Shown here piece by piece: positions 35,245 through 46,079 of a stretch of DNA of 64,000 nucleotides; the first letter of the stretch is position 1, and each line of letters starts with the position of its first letter. The notes under the pieces are model-generated. The model did no database searches. It saw only the letters and a list, made by a program, of their open reading frames with translations, and was not told the origin of the DNA. The DNA lies in assembly GCA_039804105.1 (NCBI GenBank), contig JBDRZU010000001.1, positions 66,602 through 130,601 on the forward strand. Reading direction: 5' to 3'. The stretch comes from a candidate division WOR-3 bacterium. GTDB lineage: Bacteria; Hydrothermota; 32-111. The position numbers and the translations under genes were made by a program.

Positions 35245-36493
35245 AATTGTAACTTATGGTTGTGAGATGAACGATTATGACAGCCAGGTCATAAGTGCGA
35301 TACTTAGAAAAAATGGTTTTCTTGAAGTTTTTGATATAGAGGATGCGAACATTGTTGTTGTCAACGGTTGTTCAGTGAGAGAACATGCACACAAAAGAGC
35401 TTTGGGATTCATTCAGAGTTTGAAAGGAAAAAAAAAGAAAAAAAGATTTATAATTGCTGGATGTCTTGCTAAAGCACTTGAGAATGAGAATATTCTTATT
35501 GATGAGTCCTTTATAGTTTCAACAGAATATGAAAAACTTCCTCAAGTTTTAGAATTTGAGAATTTCAAGGAATTTCAAATAGTTTCAGAGGGTAATTACT
35601 CTTCAGTTTTAAGGGATACTGATTTTACCTTGAATATTCCAATTATGAAAGGATGTAACAATTTTTGCTCTTACTGTATAGTCCCTTACCTTAGGGGACA
35701 GGAGATATCTTTTAGCAAAGAAGATATTATAAAAAATATACAGTTGAACAGAAACGAAAAAACAAGAGAAATAATGCTCCTTGGACAGAATGTGAATTCT
35801 TATAGATACGATACCTATAATTTTGTTGGGATTCTTGAACATGTCGCAAAGAAGTTTAAAGATTTAAGGATAAGATTTTTAACTTCACATCCAAAAGATT
35901 TTTCACCTGATATAGTTAGGTTGATGGCTGATTATGAGAACATCTGTCCACATCTTCACCTGCCTGTTCAAACTGGATCGGATAAACTTTTGAAACTTCT
36001 CCACAGGGATTATACTGTAAAAGATTATAGAAACAAAATTGAGATATCACGGGAAATACTTCAAGATATTTCGATAACAACTGATATTATGGTTGGGCTT
36101 CCCTATGAGGAAGAAGAAGATTTCAATGAAACTCTTAAACTAATTGAAGAGATTGGGTTTGATGATGCTTTCATGTATAAATTTTCAAAAAGGAAAAATA
36201 CCTTTTCATATTTTATGGACGATTGTGATCAGAAAATTTCTTCGGAAAGGTTGAAAAAAATCATACAAGCACAAAGATCGTTAAAGGATAAAAAATTAAA
36301 AAAACTTGTTGGAAAAGATGTAGAGGTTATAATAGAAAAATTAAGTAAAAAGAATATAAACGAATTTTACGGAAGGGACAAACATAACAGGAGTGTTGTT
36401 GTGAGAGGTAAGGATATAAATATTGGAGATAGGTTGATAGTAAAAATAATGGAAATAAGAGGGATAACTCCTTTTGGAATAAAGATGAGGTGA
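35210..36493 (+). CDS. miaB: tRNA-2-methylthio-N6-dimethylallyladenosine synthase MiaB
   Basis: FKIVTYGCEMNDYDSQ. Radical-SAM motif GCNNFCSYCIVPYLRGQE. C-terminal TRAM domain. Confidence 0.85.
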   Translation: MGRFSVKKETFKIVTYGCEMNDYDSQVISAILRKNGFLEVFDIEDANIVVVNGCSVREHAHKRALGFIQSLKGKKKKKRFIIAGCLAKALENENILIDESFIVSTEYEKLPQVLEFENFKEFQIVSEGNYSSVLRDTDFTLNIPIMKGCNNFCSYCIVPYLRGQEISFSKEDIIKNIQLNRNEKTREIMLLGQNVNSYRYDTYNFVGILEHVAKKFKDLRIRFLTSHPKDFSPDIVRLMADYENICPHLHLPVQTGSDKLLKLLHRDYTVKDYRNKIEISREILQDISITTDIMVGLPYEEEEDFNETLKLIEEIGFDDAFMYKFSKRKNTFSYFMDDCDQKISSERLKKIIQAQRSLKDKKLKKLVGKDVEVIIEKLSKKNINEFYGRDKHNRSVVVRGKDINIGDRLIVKIMEIRGITPFGIKMR

Positions 36494-36495
36494 AT

Positions 36496-37230
36496 ATGAA
36501 AAATTTTATTATTTTTTTGAGTATTTTTTTGATTTTTAATTCTTCTTTCACACAGGATTTGAGAGAACTTTATGTAAAGGGTGATTACAAAACTTTAAAA
36601 TTGATACTCGATTCTGTTAAAGAAAATGATCAGTGCCCAAGTTCTCTCTATTTTTATATTGCTGAACTTTCAAACGATGTGACATTATCTTTGAACTATT
36701 ACCGAGTCATTGAAGAAAAATATAAAGATTCACCTTTTTATCCTTTAACACTTCTTCGAATTGCAAAATATTACACACTTTCGAAGGATAGTTCAAAAGC
36801 GTTGACTTATTATAGAAAATTGGTTTCTTTAAAAGATAGCAGGACATTAGAGTATGCTTATCTGGGAATCATAGGTATATATGAAAATTATGCTGACATT
36901 AATAATGCTAATTACTGGGTCTCAAACTTTGCAAACGAAGTTGGATCTAGTGCATTTTTAAAATATTTTTCTACAGGTGAAAAAACTAAACATTCTCAAA
37001 TAAAAGATAAGTTTTATTCGATTCAGATAGGATCTTTTAAAAATAAGGGTAACGCTGAAAGTTTATTTAAAAAATATAAGGACAAAAGTTATGATGTGTT
37101 TATCGTTTTTGAAGAGAACCTCTACAAAGTTCGAATCGGAAAGTTTAAAAATGAACAGGATGCGAAGAGTTTTTTGAAAATTTTTCAAAAAGCTGAAACT
37201 GTTCCCGCCTGGATAGTTTATGGAGAGTGA
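36496..37230 (+). CDS. Exported TPR-like + SPOR (peptidoglycan-binding) domain protein
   Basis: Signal peptide MKNFIIFLSIFLIFNSS. C-terminal SPOR motif YSIQIGSFKNKGNAESLFKKYKDKSYDVFIV...YKVRIGKFKNEQDAKSF. Confidence 0.7.
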   Translation: MKNFIIFLSIFLIFNSSFTQDLRELYVKGDYKTLKLILDSVKENDQCPSSLYFYIAELSNDVTLSLNYYRVIEEKYKDSPFYPLTLLRIAKYYTLSKDSSKALTYYRKLVSLKDSRTLEYAYLGIIGIYENYADINNANYWVSNFANEVGSSAFLKYFSTGEKTKHSQIKDKFYSIQIGSFKNKGNAESLFKKYKDKSYDVFIVFEENLYKVRIGKFKNEQDAKSFLKIFQKAETVPAWIVYGE

Positions 37231-37231
37231 T

Positions 37232-39787
37232 ATGAAAGAAAAAGATGTCCCGATACTGAAGCAATATAAGGAGATTAAATCAAATTTTAACGACTCCATT
37301 TTACTTTTTAGAATGGGTGATTTTTATGAAACTTTTTATGATGATGCGAAATTTATAGCATCTGTACTCAATATAACATTGACCTCAAGGGAGTATGGAG
37401 AAGAAAAGATACCTCTCGCTGGCTTTCCAATAAAATCGGCAGATCATTATATAAGAAGGTTGGTCTCAACGGGAAAAAAGATTGCTATTGCCGATCAACT
37501 TGAAGAACCTTCGAAAAATGTAAAACTTGTAAAAAGGGGAGTGGTTGAAGTAATTACACCCGGCACTATAATGAGGGAATCTCTGCTTTCAGAAAAAGAG
37601 AACAACTATTTTGCTCTCGTGTACGCTTTTGATGGAAAAACTGTTGTATCAACTCTTGATATCTCAACAGGAGATCTGTTAGTTTATGATTTTAAAAACG
37701 GAGAAAATATCTTTGATTTTCTAAAAAACAAGGATATAAAAGAGATAGTTTCAAATGAAAAATTTAAGATCGAAGAAAAAGAAGTAAAGGTTATAGATAA
37801 AAGTTTTTTTGATTTGGATGATTGTCTACAAGTATTGAAAACACAGTTTGGCATAGAAAAAGTTGAAAGAATAAAAAATCTTGATGAAAAACTCATAAGG
37901 GCAGCTGGAGCTTTGTTATTGTTTATTAAAGAAGCATACTCAACCGATCTGCAACAGGTGAAAAATTTTGAATATATAGATCTTTCTAAAAGAATGATCC
38001 TTGATAGTCAGACCTTGAGAAACCTTGAAATATTTACAAGAAGTAATGGAGAGTATGAAAACTCATTTCTTTTTGCTATCGACAGAACGAAAACTCCAAT
38101 GGGTGGTAGAACTCTAAGGGAAGTTTTGAAATCACCATATAACGATCTAAACACTATAAATATAATTTATGATAACATTGAAAGAATGATTTTAAAATTT
38201 GATCTTGTAAAATCTATTGGAACACTTCTATCTGAAGTGGGAGATGTTGAGAGGATCAATGCAAGGATCGCATCAAAAAGGGCAACACCAAGGGATCTTG
38301 TAAACCTTAAAAAATCTTTAAAAGGTTTTATCAAAATAACAGATATTGTTAAAGATCTGTCAATCGAAATTTTTGAGATTGAAAAAAATGTTGTAGAAAA
38401 AGTAATACAGTTGATAGATATTTCGATTGATGAAAATGTTATTCTTGATGGTGAAAAAGAAAAATTTTTTAAAAAAGGATTTGATCAGGAATACGATAGA
38501 TTAAAAGAGTTATCCTTGGAAGGTTCGAAAGCTATATTCATGATGGAAGATGAGGAGAAAAAGAGAACAGGGATAAACAATTTAAGGATAGGTTATTCAA
38601 CTGTGATGGGATATTATATTGAGATAACGAACTCAAATCTTGATAAAGTTCCAAAGGACTATATCAGAAAACAAACTTTGAAAAATGCTGAAAGGTTTGT
38701 TAACGAAAAGTTGAAACAATATGAGATAGAAATTTTAACTGCTGAAGAAAGGTTGAACAAACTTGAAAAAGAACTATATGAAAAACTTATAGAAAGGTTA
38801 TCGTTATTCTATGTTGAGTTAAAAAAAGTTTCAATCTATATTGGTAGAATAGATCTTTTATATTCATATACAGTTCTATCATATGAAAATGATTATACAA
38901 GACCCCTTATAGGTGATTTTTATGAATTATATATTGAAGATGGAAGACATCCTGTGATAGAAATGGTGAACAGAAATGAAAGATTTATTCCAAACTCTCT
39001 TTATATGGATGAAAAAAGATCTTTGATTCTTTTAACTGGTCCAAATATGTCAGGTAAATCAACCTACCTTAGACAAAACGCTTTGATAATTCTTATGGCT
39101 CACATGGGATTATTTGTTCCAGCAAAAAAAGCTAAGATACCATTAACTGATAGAATATTTACCAGGATAGGTGCAAGTGATGACCTTTCAAAGGGTGTTT
39201 CAACATTTATGGCTGAGATGCTTGAATGTTCAAACATCATTGAAAACATGACTGAAAAAAGTTTTATAGTTCTCGATGAGATAGGACGGGGGACATCCAC
39301 CTTTGATGGATTATCTATAGCATGGGCGATAATAGAATACATACATGATCTCGAAAAATCCCCTAAAACTTTGTTTGCTACTCATTACCATGAGTTAACA
39401 GAATTGAGATCAAAGTTACCAAAAATGTTCAATATGACAGCAAAGGTAAGAAAGTATGAGGATAAAATAGTTTTTTTAAAAAAGATTGTTGAAGGAAGTT
39501 CAGACGAAAGTTACGGAATCGAGGTCGCAAAGATGGCAGGTCTCCCATCGGAAATAATTGAGAATGCTTCCCAGATTCTTTTACTTTTAAAGGAAAGTGA
39601 GATGAATGTAAAAGAAAAGATGAGAGTTGTTTCCCAACTTTCACTTTTCAAAAGTGATGGAGAGAAGGAAAAGTTTGAAAATATTATCAGAATGATATCT
39701 GAAAAAGATTTGAACAATATTACACCGATCGAATCCTTACTGTTTTTAAATGAGATAAAAAATAAAATTGAAGAATTAAAAGATTGA
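37232..39787 (+). CDS. mutS: DNA mismatch repair protein MutS
   Basis: N-terminal MGDFYETFYDDA mismatch-binding motif. Walker A GPNMSGKST. DEIGRGTST. ATG at 37232 behind a GGAGAG SD; an alternative ATG lies at 37220. Confidence 0.95.
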   Translation: MKEKDVPILKQYKEIKSNFNDSILLFRMGDFYETFYDDAKFIASVLNITLTSREYGEEKIPLAGFPIKSADHYIRRLVSTGKKIAIADQLEEPSKNVKLVKRGVVEVITPGTIMRESLLSEKENNYFALVYAFDGKTVVSTLDISTGDLLVYDFKNGENIFDFLKNKDIKEIVSNEKFKIEEKEVKVIDKSFFDLDDCLQVLKTQFGIEKVERIKNLDEKLIRAAGALLLFIKEAYSTDLQQVKNFEYIDLSKRMILDSQTLRNLEIFTRSNGEYENSFLFAIDRTKTPMGGRTLREVLKSPYNDLNTINIIYDNIERMILKFDLVKSIGTLLSEVGDVERINARIASKRATPRDLVNLKKSLKGFIKITDIVKDLSIEIFEIEKNVVEKVIQLIDISIDENVILDGEKEKFFKKGFDQEYDRLKELSLEGSKAIFMMEDEEKKRTGINNLRIGYSTVMGYYIEITNSNLDKVPKDYIRKQTLKNAERFVNEKLKQYEIEILTAEERLNKLEKELYEKLIERLSLFYVELKKVSIYIGRIDLLYSYTVLSYENDYTRPLIGDFYELYIEDGRHPVIEMVNRNERFIPNSLYMDEKRSLILLTGPNMSGKSTYLRQNALIILMAHMGLFVPAKKAKIPLTDRIFTRIGASDDLSKGVSTFMAEMLECSNIIENMTEKSFIVLDEIGRGTSTFDGLSIAWAIIEYIHDLEKSPKTLFATHYHELTELRSKLPKMFNMTAKVRKYEDKIVFLKKIVEGSSDESYGIEVAKMAGLPSEIIENASQILLLLKESEMNVKEKMRVVSQLSLFKSDGEKEKFENIIRMISEKDLNNITPIESLLFLNEIKNKIEELKD

Positions 39788-39817
39788 AAATTTTATAGTA
39801 TAGATTAATTATAAAAA

Positions 39818-42193
39818 TCAATCATTTTTTTCGTTGTTTAAAAGAACTTTTCTTGGTTTTGAACCGTTTGCAGGTCCTATTATTCCATTTTTTTCAAGTT
39901 GTCTTGTGATCTTTGCAGCTCTTGGATATCCCAATTTAAAATACGACTGAATCATACTTGTTGAGATCTCTTTATGTTTTAAAACAAACTCTTTGACCTG
40001 TTCAAACAATGGATCGAGTTCATCATCATCTTGGAAATTACCTTCAAGATTTTGAGAGTTTCTTATATTTTGAGTGTAACCTGATTCTTCTATAGGAATA
40101 TGATAAACCGTCTGTGTTAAAATCTCTGTCAGTTTTTCTTTTTCGATTTGAAGTTCATCATAGTATTGTTCTACAAACTCTTCTATCCTATACTCACAAC
40201 CCGGAGTGTTTGATGGGTTTGCTATACATTGGATCAGTTCATTTTCGATTATGAGTTTTGCAAGTTTTGAAGGGTCTTTTACCTGTTGTTCAAAAAGTTT
40301 TTTCATGTATGTCTCTGCCCAGAGATTTACAATATTTGTTGCTTCTTCTGTTTTTATGAAAGCACCATGTGCTCTAACGATTATTCCTTTTTGGGGTGGA
40401 ATGTAAAGCATATCACCTTTTCCAAGAAGTTTTTCAGCACCAGAGGTATCGATTATCGTTTTTGAATCTGCTTTCGACGGAACCTTGAACGATATTCTTA
40501 CAGGAAAATTGGCTTTAATTGAACCTGTAATGATATTCACAGATGGTCTCTGTGTTGCAAGTATCAGGTGTATTCCAACAGCTCTTGACATCTGTGCTAA
40601 CCTAATAATATGTGTTTCTATTTCTTTTGAACCTGTCATCATCAGATCAGCCATTTCATCTATAATGACTATTATATATGGTTTTTTCTTATCACTTTTT
40701 TTGTTAAATTCGGTTATATCCCTTACTCCAAGTTTTGCAAAAGCTTTGTATCTTAAATCCATCCATTCTGTCAACTCTTTAAGCATCAAAACAGCTTCTT
40801 TTGAATCTGTTATGACAGGTCTTTCGAGATGTGGTATCCCATTGTAAATTGATAACTCTATTCTTTTTGGATCAACCATCAAAAATCTAACCTCTTCAGG
40901 TTGTGCCTTGAACAGTATTGATGCTATTATTCCATTTATGCACACTGATTTTCCACTTCCTGTTGTTCCGGCTATAAGAAGATGTGGCATAGAGGAAATT
41001 TGAGCGAAGATTGGATTGTTCTCAGTATCTCTTCCTATGACAACTGTTGTTGGATCAGGATTTTCTAAAAATTCTTTTTCAGTTAAAAGACCTTTAAGAA
41101 AAACCGTTACTCTGTTTCTGTTTGGAATTTCGATTCCAACAGCTGATTTCCCGGGTATGTGTCCCAAGACCCTTATTGATTTTGCTTTCATCGCAAGGGC
41201 AAGATCATCTGAAAGTGATGTGATCTTGTTAACTTTGATACCTGGTGCTGGTTCAAACTCATATGTTGTTATAACTGGCCCAACATTGACATTGACGACT
41301 TTACCATCTACTGAAAAATATTTCAACTTTTCTTCCAGAACTTTTATATTCTGGTTGATCTCTTCTTCATTTGCTCCCTCTTTTATTTTTGGAGGATCTT
41401 CAAGATAATCTAAAAACTCTTTTTTGAATTGATCGTTTAAAAGTTCTTTGTAATCTATCTCCTGTTTTAATTGTGAACTTATCAAAACTTTTTTTCTCTT
41501 CTTTTCTTTTCTCTTATCGTTTTCAACAATCGGCTCTTCTTCCTCCTTATTCCCATCTCCATCATCACTAAAACTCTCCTCAACATCTTCATTATTATAT
41601 GCATCATCTTTATTTTTTGAAATTCTTTGATGCATTCGAGTAACGAATTCGATTATGTATTCAGGATTTGTCAAAAGGACTGTGGAAATGATTAAAACAA
41701 ACGATATAATCAGAGTCAAACCTATATTCCCAAAATATTGTGAAAGCTTTGCTGATGTTCTATCTCCCCAAAATCCACTTAGTTCAGGATTATTTATGAT
41801 GTTACCAATTATGATTGGAAGTAGTGTTATCTGTATCACTGAAAGGATTGATGGGAAAAAAATCTTTCTGAAATTTAAAATCAACCCAAGCCCGGAATAG
41901 AGTAAGAATGTTGGCAAAAAGAAAGCAACAACTCCAAAAATCTGAAAAGTTTTTTCAGAAATAAAATAACCGATCAAACCTCCGAGATTCTTTTCCCGGT
42001 TTTCACTTTGAGTGTTATGAATATCATAGTTAAAAAGGGATAAAATTAAAAATAAAGAAATCACGAGAAGAACTATGAATATTATGTAGTTTGATAGTTT
42101 CTTGTTTTCTGAAAGTCCTCTTTTTTTGAATTGAAAAATGATTGTTAGAAGATAAATCGATGTTGATATAAGAAAAAATATTTTAGATAACAT
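39818..42193 (-). CDS. ftsK: DNA translocase FtsK/SpoIIIE
   Basis: N-terminal TM helices and an acidic/Lys-rich linker. Motor domain with Walker A GTTGSGKSV. C-terminal gamma winged-helix (YFKLGYPRAAKITRQLEKNGIIGP). Confidence 0.9.
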   Translation of the reverse strand: MLSKIFFLISTSIYLLTIIFQFKKRGLSENKKLSNYIIFIVLLVISLFLILSLFNYDIHNTQSENREKNLGGLIGYFISEKTFQIFGVVAFFLPTFLLYSGLGLILNFRKIFFPSILSVIQITLLPIIIGNIINNPELSGFWGDRTSAKLSQYFGNIGLTLIISFVLIISTVLLTNPEYIIEFVTRMHQRISKNKDDAYNNEDVEESFSDDGDGNKEEEEPIVENDKRKEKKRKKVLISSQLKQEIDYKELLNDQFKKEFLDYLEDPPKIKEGANEEEINQNIKVLEEKLKYFSVDGKVVNVNVGPVITTYEFEPAPGIKVNKITSLSDDLALAMKAKSIRVLGHIPGKSAVGIEIPNRNRVTVFLKGLLTEKEFLENPDPTTVVIGRDTENNPIFAQISSMPHLLIAGTTGSGKSVCINGIIASILFKAQPEEVRFLMVDPKRIELSIYNGIPHLERPVITDSKEAVLMLKELTEWMDLRYKAFAKLGVRDITEFNKKSDKKKPYIIVIIDEMADLMMTGSKEIETHIIRLAQMSRAVGIHLILATQRPSVNIITGSIKANFPVRISFKVPSKADSKTIIDTSGAEKLLGKGDMLYIPPQKGIIVRAHGAFIKTEEATNIVNLWAETYMKKLFEQQVKDPSKLAKLIIENELIQCIANPSNTPGCEYRIEEFVEQYYDELQIEKEKLTEILTQTVYHIPIEESGYTQNIRNSQNLEGNFQDDDELDPLFEQVKEFVLKHKEISTSMIQSYFKLGYPRAAKITRQLEKNGIIGPANGSKPRKVLLNNEKND

Positions 42194-42223
42194 AAAATAA
42201 TTCTAACTTCCTTATATCAATTG

Positions 42224-43921
42224 TCAACAGGCAACCTTTTTGTATTCATCAAAAGTGAATCCGATCAATTTTTCCATCATTTTTTTAGAAAAATCAAATT
42301 TCACATTTGCTATTTGATAGACATTAGATATTTTAAGTGATGAGCCCACCTTTAACGCTGAAAGGTAATCATCTATAGCTTTTTTTGGATTTTCTCTATA
42401 GTTTATCCACAGTTGTAATGCTCCAAGTTGTGCTATTCCATATTCTATATAATAGAAAGGCATTTCAAAAATGTGTAATTGTTTATGATATGATATTTCC
42501 AGATAATCTTCATAATCTGACCAATCGACAAATTTTTCAGAAAATTCGTTGTAAATATTTTTGAAATATTCCTTTCTTTCAGATGAAGATATATTTTCCT
42601 TTGAGTAAATAAAGTGTTGAAATTTATCGACAACAGCACACCATGGGAAAAAACTTATAATGTTTTCCAGATGTTTTTTCTTCGCCTGTCTTAATGATTG
42701 TTGATCTTTATAGAATATGTCCCATCTATCATATGTCAAAAGTTCCATTCCCATTGATGCAAATTCAGCAATTTCAGATGGAGTACTTTTATAAAAGTAT
42801 GTAAAAAGATCTTTCACAGCCACAGTATGAACCGCATGGCCTGTTTCATGCATGAGTGTTTTCATATCAGAATGTACACCAGAACTGTTCATGAATATAA
42901 AAGGTAGACCTGTTTTGTATAAAGGATAGTTGTATCCACCAGGTGCTTTTCCTTTTCTTGATTCAAGATCTAAATGTTTTTTCTCGACAACTTTTTCAAA
43001 AACTTCTCCAAATCTTTTATCAACAGAGTAGAATACCTTTTTGGATTTTTCTATAAAATCTTCAGTGTTTTCAAATGGTTTTAAAACAACTTCATCTGAC
43101 GATGTAGCAGTTAAATCGTATGGTTTGATTTTATTAAGATTCATCTTTTGTTTCTTCTCTTTTATTATCTCTCCATAAATTGGGGTTACAACCTCTAAAA
43201 CAGAATTATGAAACTCCTCACATTCTTTTATCCCATAGTCAAATCTTTCGAGTTCTCTGAATCTGAGTTCTACATAGTTTTTGAAGTTCGCATTTTTCGC
43301 TTTTTGATTTCTCAACGCAGTTAATTCTGATAAAATGTTTTCTATTTTATCAGCATATTCCATTCTTTTTTTTACAACAGTATCAAAAGCTTCTTTCCTT
43401 TCATCCCTATCTTTGCTCTGTAAAAACAATGCCATCTGAGGAAGGGTGTACTCTTTTCCTCTGAAATTTATAATGATACTACCGATCGTTTGTTGGTATT
43501 CCATCGTTTTCTTTGTTATCTCTGTGTCTATCTGAATGTTCTCTTTTCTGAATATTTCAACTTCATTTTTAAATCTTTTAATTAAAATTCCCCATTTTGA
43601 CTGATCGAGTTTAGAGAGATATTCACAGTTAACGATCTTCTTTAAAATTTCGAAATTTACCTCTTTCAATTTTGGTTCAATCTGATCGTTGAAAACCAGA
43701 AATCTTTCGCGGTATTCTTTGTTCTGTGTATCTCTCGTCATATTTATATAAGCCCAGCCGTAAGATTCTGAGAGAAATTCAGATATCGAAGAAAAATCTT
43801 CAAGTAATTCTAAAAGGTCATGGTCATTTTTAATTTCTCTGTTCAAAATATCATCATAATATTCTTTTAAATCATCCCATTCTTTTATTTCGAAATTAAG
43901 ATTTTTAAAATTTTTTTTCAT
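42224..43921 (-). CDS. pepF: Oligoendopeptidase F family (M3B) metallopeptidase
   Basis: HETGHAVH zinc-binding motif and M3-like length. The ATG at 43921 is preceded by a GGAG SD. The track start at 43954 is a TTG. Confidence 0.85.
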   Translation of the reverse strand: MKKNFKNLNFEIKEWDDLKEYYDDILNREIKNDHDLLELLEDFSSISEFLSESYGWAYINMTRDTQNKEYRERFLVFNDQIEPKLKEVNFEILKKIVNCEYLSKLDQSKWGILIKRFKNEVEIFRKENIQIDTEITKKTMEYQQTIGSIIINFRGKEYTLPQMALFLQSKDRDERKEAFDTVVKKRMEYADKIENILSELTALRNQKAKNANFKNYVELRFRELERFDYGIKECEEFHNSVLEVVTPIYGEIIKEKKQKMNLNKIKPYDLTATSSDEVVLKPFENTEDFIEKSKKVFYSVDKRFGEVFEKVVEKKHLDLESRKGKAPGGYNYPLYKTGLPFIFMNSSGVHSDMKTLMHETGHAVHTVAVKDLFTYFYKSTPSEIAEFASMGMELLTYDRWDIFYKDQQSLRQAKKKHLENIISFFPWCAVVDKFQHFIYSKENISSSERKEYFKNIYNEFSEKFVDWSDYEDYLEISYHKQLHIFEMPFYYIEYGIAQLGALQLWINYRENPKKAIDDYLSALKVGSSLKISNVYQIANVKFDFSKKMMEKLIGFTFDEYKKVAC

Positions 43922-43974
43922 CTTTTTCTCCTTTTTGGAGTTGAATTTTTGCAAAATTTTGGTAATCTTTGTTA

Positions 43975-45036
43975 ATGATTATTAAAAAGTTAAGTATAGT
44001 TAATTTTAGAAATTTTTCAAGTAAAGTTTTTGCTTTTGATAGAAGAACCATTATCACTGGAATGAATGGTTCAGGGAAGACATCGATTATTGAGGCAATA
44101 TATTATTTAACAAATTTTAAATCTTTCAGAACTGGTAATGATAAAAAAATTGTAAAGATAGGAGAAGATCATTTTATTATAAACATTGAGGGAGAAAGAG
44201 AAGGTGAAGATTTTACTGTTGGTCTTTTATACAAAGACAACAAAAAAGTTTTATCTTTAAATGGTAATCGATCGCTTAAATTAACTGAGGGTTTTGGGTT
44301 TTTCATTTCTGTAATTTTTTCAACCTATGATAAACTTCTTTCTGACAGAATGGCTATATATAGAAGGAAGTTTATGGATAGGATTATATCAACCATAGAT
44401 AATGAATATTTTGAAAATGTAGTTCAGTATCATTCGATTTTAAAAAGAAAAAATTTTGTTCTTAAAGAGAATGGTGACAAAAGATTGCTTGAAACATATT
44501 CTTTGCAACTTTCAGAAAAATCTGATTATATTTATGAAAGAAGGATAGAGTTTATTTCATATTTTGAGGATCTTTTGAACAATTTGTATGAAAAAGTTTT
44601 TGAAAAAAAAGGTCTTGTAAAGGTAAGATATTTTTCCTCAAAGGATAATGGAGATTTTAAAAACACCTCTCTTTTTGAAAAATTTAAAACAAACATTTCA
44701 CTTGAAAAAGAAAAAAGAAGAACGATTTTTGGACCACATCTTGATGATATCGTTATAACTGTTGAAGGAAAACCGATAAGTGATTTTGGAAGTGAAGGCG
44801 AAAAAACATTACTGGGTATAACTTTGAAGATTGCTGAGTTAAATCTTATTTACGAAAATATAGGTGAGTATCCAGTTATACTTATTGATGATGCTTTTTC
44901 TGAACTCGATAAAGTTAAAACAAGTAAACTTCTTGAAATTTTTGAGTCCTATCCACAGGTGATAATAACATTCCCCAAAAAGTGGGAAAGTTTAAAAGAT
45001 TACACCCTGATAGATCTTGATAAGGATAAGGCATGA
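43975..45036 (+). CDS. recF: DNA replication and repair protein RecF
   Basis: LSIVNFRNF N-terminus. Walker A GMNGSGKTSIIEAIYYL. C-terminal LIDDAFSELD Walker B-like motif. Confidence 0.85.
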   Translation: MIIKKLSIVNFRNFSSKVFAFDRRTIITGMNGSGKTSIIEAIYYLTNFKSFRTGNDKKIVKIGEDHFIINIEGEREGEDFTVGLLYKDNKKVLSLNGNRSLKLTEGFGFFISVIFSTYDKLLSDRMAIYRRKFMDRIISTIDNEYFENVVQYHSILKRKNFVLKENGDKRLLETYSLQLSEKSDYIYERRIEFISYFEDLLNNLYEKVFEKKGLVKVRYFSSKDNGDFKNTSLFEKFKTNISLEKEKRRTIFGPHLDDIVITVEGKPISDFGSEGEKTLLGITLKIAELNLIYENIGEYPVILIDDAFSELDKVKTSKLLEIFESYPQVIITFPKKWESLKDYTLIDLDKDKA

Positions 45037-45587
45037 ATATTTTAACTGTTCTTTTGGTTGCTTTTGGACTTTCTCTTGATGCTTCCGCTGTATCTCTTGT
45101 CTGTGGTTTGAATGAAAAAAGAAACAGATTTCTCCTATCGATAAAACTTGGAACCTTTTTTGGTGTTTTTCAATCGTTGATGTTTATTGTTGGTTATTTC
45201 GTTGGATTCGGATTTTCAATTCTTATAAGTAACTTCGATCACTGGATCGCATTTTTACTTTTACTTTCAGTAGGAGTGAAAATGTTATACGAATCTTTCA
45301 AAAAGGATCAAAAAAAATGTTTTGATACAGATTCAATTTTTGTTCTTTTAACACTTTCCGTAGCAACGAGTATAGATGCTCTTGCTGTTGGAATATCTTT
45401 TGCTTTGTTAAGTTTTGATGTTCTCAAAACAACAGTTTTGATCGGAATCATTACATTTTTTGATTCCATACTGTTTACGATTCTTGGAAGATTTTTCAAT
45501 AAACTTTTAAACAACAAATCAGAACTTGTAGGTGGTTTGATACTTATTGGTATTGGAATAAAAATTTTGTTGGAGCATACTTTATGA
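45033..45587 (+). CDS. mntP: Putative manganese efflux pump MntP
   Basis: Two DUF204-type repeats (GLSLDASAVS and ATSIDALAVG) in a 6-TM, 184-aa protein. Confidence 0.8.
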   Translation: MNILTVLLVAFGLSLDASAVSLVCGLNEKRNRFLLSIKLGTFFGVFQSLMFIVGYFVGFGFSILISNFDHWIAFLLLLSVGVKMLYESFKKDQKKCFDTDSIFVLLTLSVATSIDALAVGISFALLSFDVLKTTVLIGIITFFDSILFTILGRFFNKLLNNKSELVGGLILIGIGIKILLEHTL

Positions 45588-46054
45588 AAAATTCTGTTTA
45601 TTACAGATCTCCAATTGGTCTTATACTTATAGAGGAGAATGGTGGAGTTATTACAAAGCTTGATTTTGTTAACAAAAAAAATGTTAAAATTAATACTTGT
45701 AAAAGTGAAGTTTTAAAAAAAATTTTAGAGCAACTTGATCAGTATTTCAAAAAGAAAAGAAAGAAATTTTCAATTAAGGTTTTTTTCAGTGGAACTGAGT
45801 TTCAAAGAAAGGTTTTAAAGAAAACAAGTGAGATACCTTATGGGAAAACTGCTACATATTCGGATATAGCAAAGTTGATTGGGAACCCAAAAGCTGCAAG
45901 GGCTGTTGGAAGTGCTTTAAGACAGAACAAAGTACCAATTATCATTCCATGTCATAGAGTTATTGGTAAAGATGGTGGTTTAAAAGGTTTTGCTGGAAAA
46001 ATTAAAGTGAAAGAATTTCTCTTAAAACTTGAAAATCCGGATTTTAAAATATAA
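45584..46054 (+). CDS. ogt: Methylated-DNA--protein-cysteine methyltransferase
   Basis: Active-site motif IIPCHRVIG, preceded by YGKTATYSDIAKLIGNPKAARAVG. Confidence 0.85.
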   Translation: MKNSVYYRSPIGLILIEENGGVITKLDFVNKKNVKINTCKSEVLKKILEQLDQYFKKKRKKFSIKVFFSGTEFQRKVLKKTSEIPYGKTATYSDIAKLIGNPKAARAVGSALRQNKVPIIIPCHRVIGKDGGLKGFAGKIKVKEFLLKLENPDFKI

Positions 46055-46079
46055 AAATATTTTATTCAAAAGAGGTTTT

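Noticed and set aside
35428-35444. Homopolymer tracts that might allow slipped-strand phase variation: A9-G-A7 in miaB (35428-35444) and T6-C-T8 in the transglutaminase signal peptide (17397-17411).
   Set aside because: Such runs are expected in a genome of roughly 30% G+C and here encode ordinary Lys or Phe stretches. miaB is a housekeeping gene. There is no evidence of length heterogeneity from a single sequence.
39788-39817. The convergent mutS/ftsK spacer, considered as a bidirectional intrinsic terminator.
   Set aside because: Only a 7-bp all-A/T inverted repeat (ttttata...tataaaa) is present. It is too weak to call.
45000-45040. A manganese (yybP-ykoY) riboswitch expected upstream of mntP.
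   Set aside because: The mntP start overlaps the recF stop (ATGA), so there is no leader in which a riboswitch could sit.
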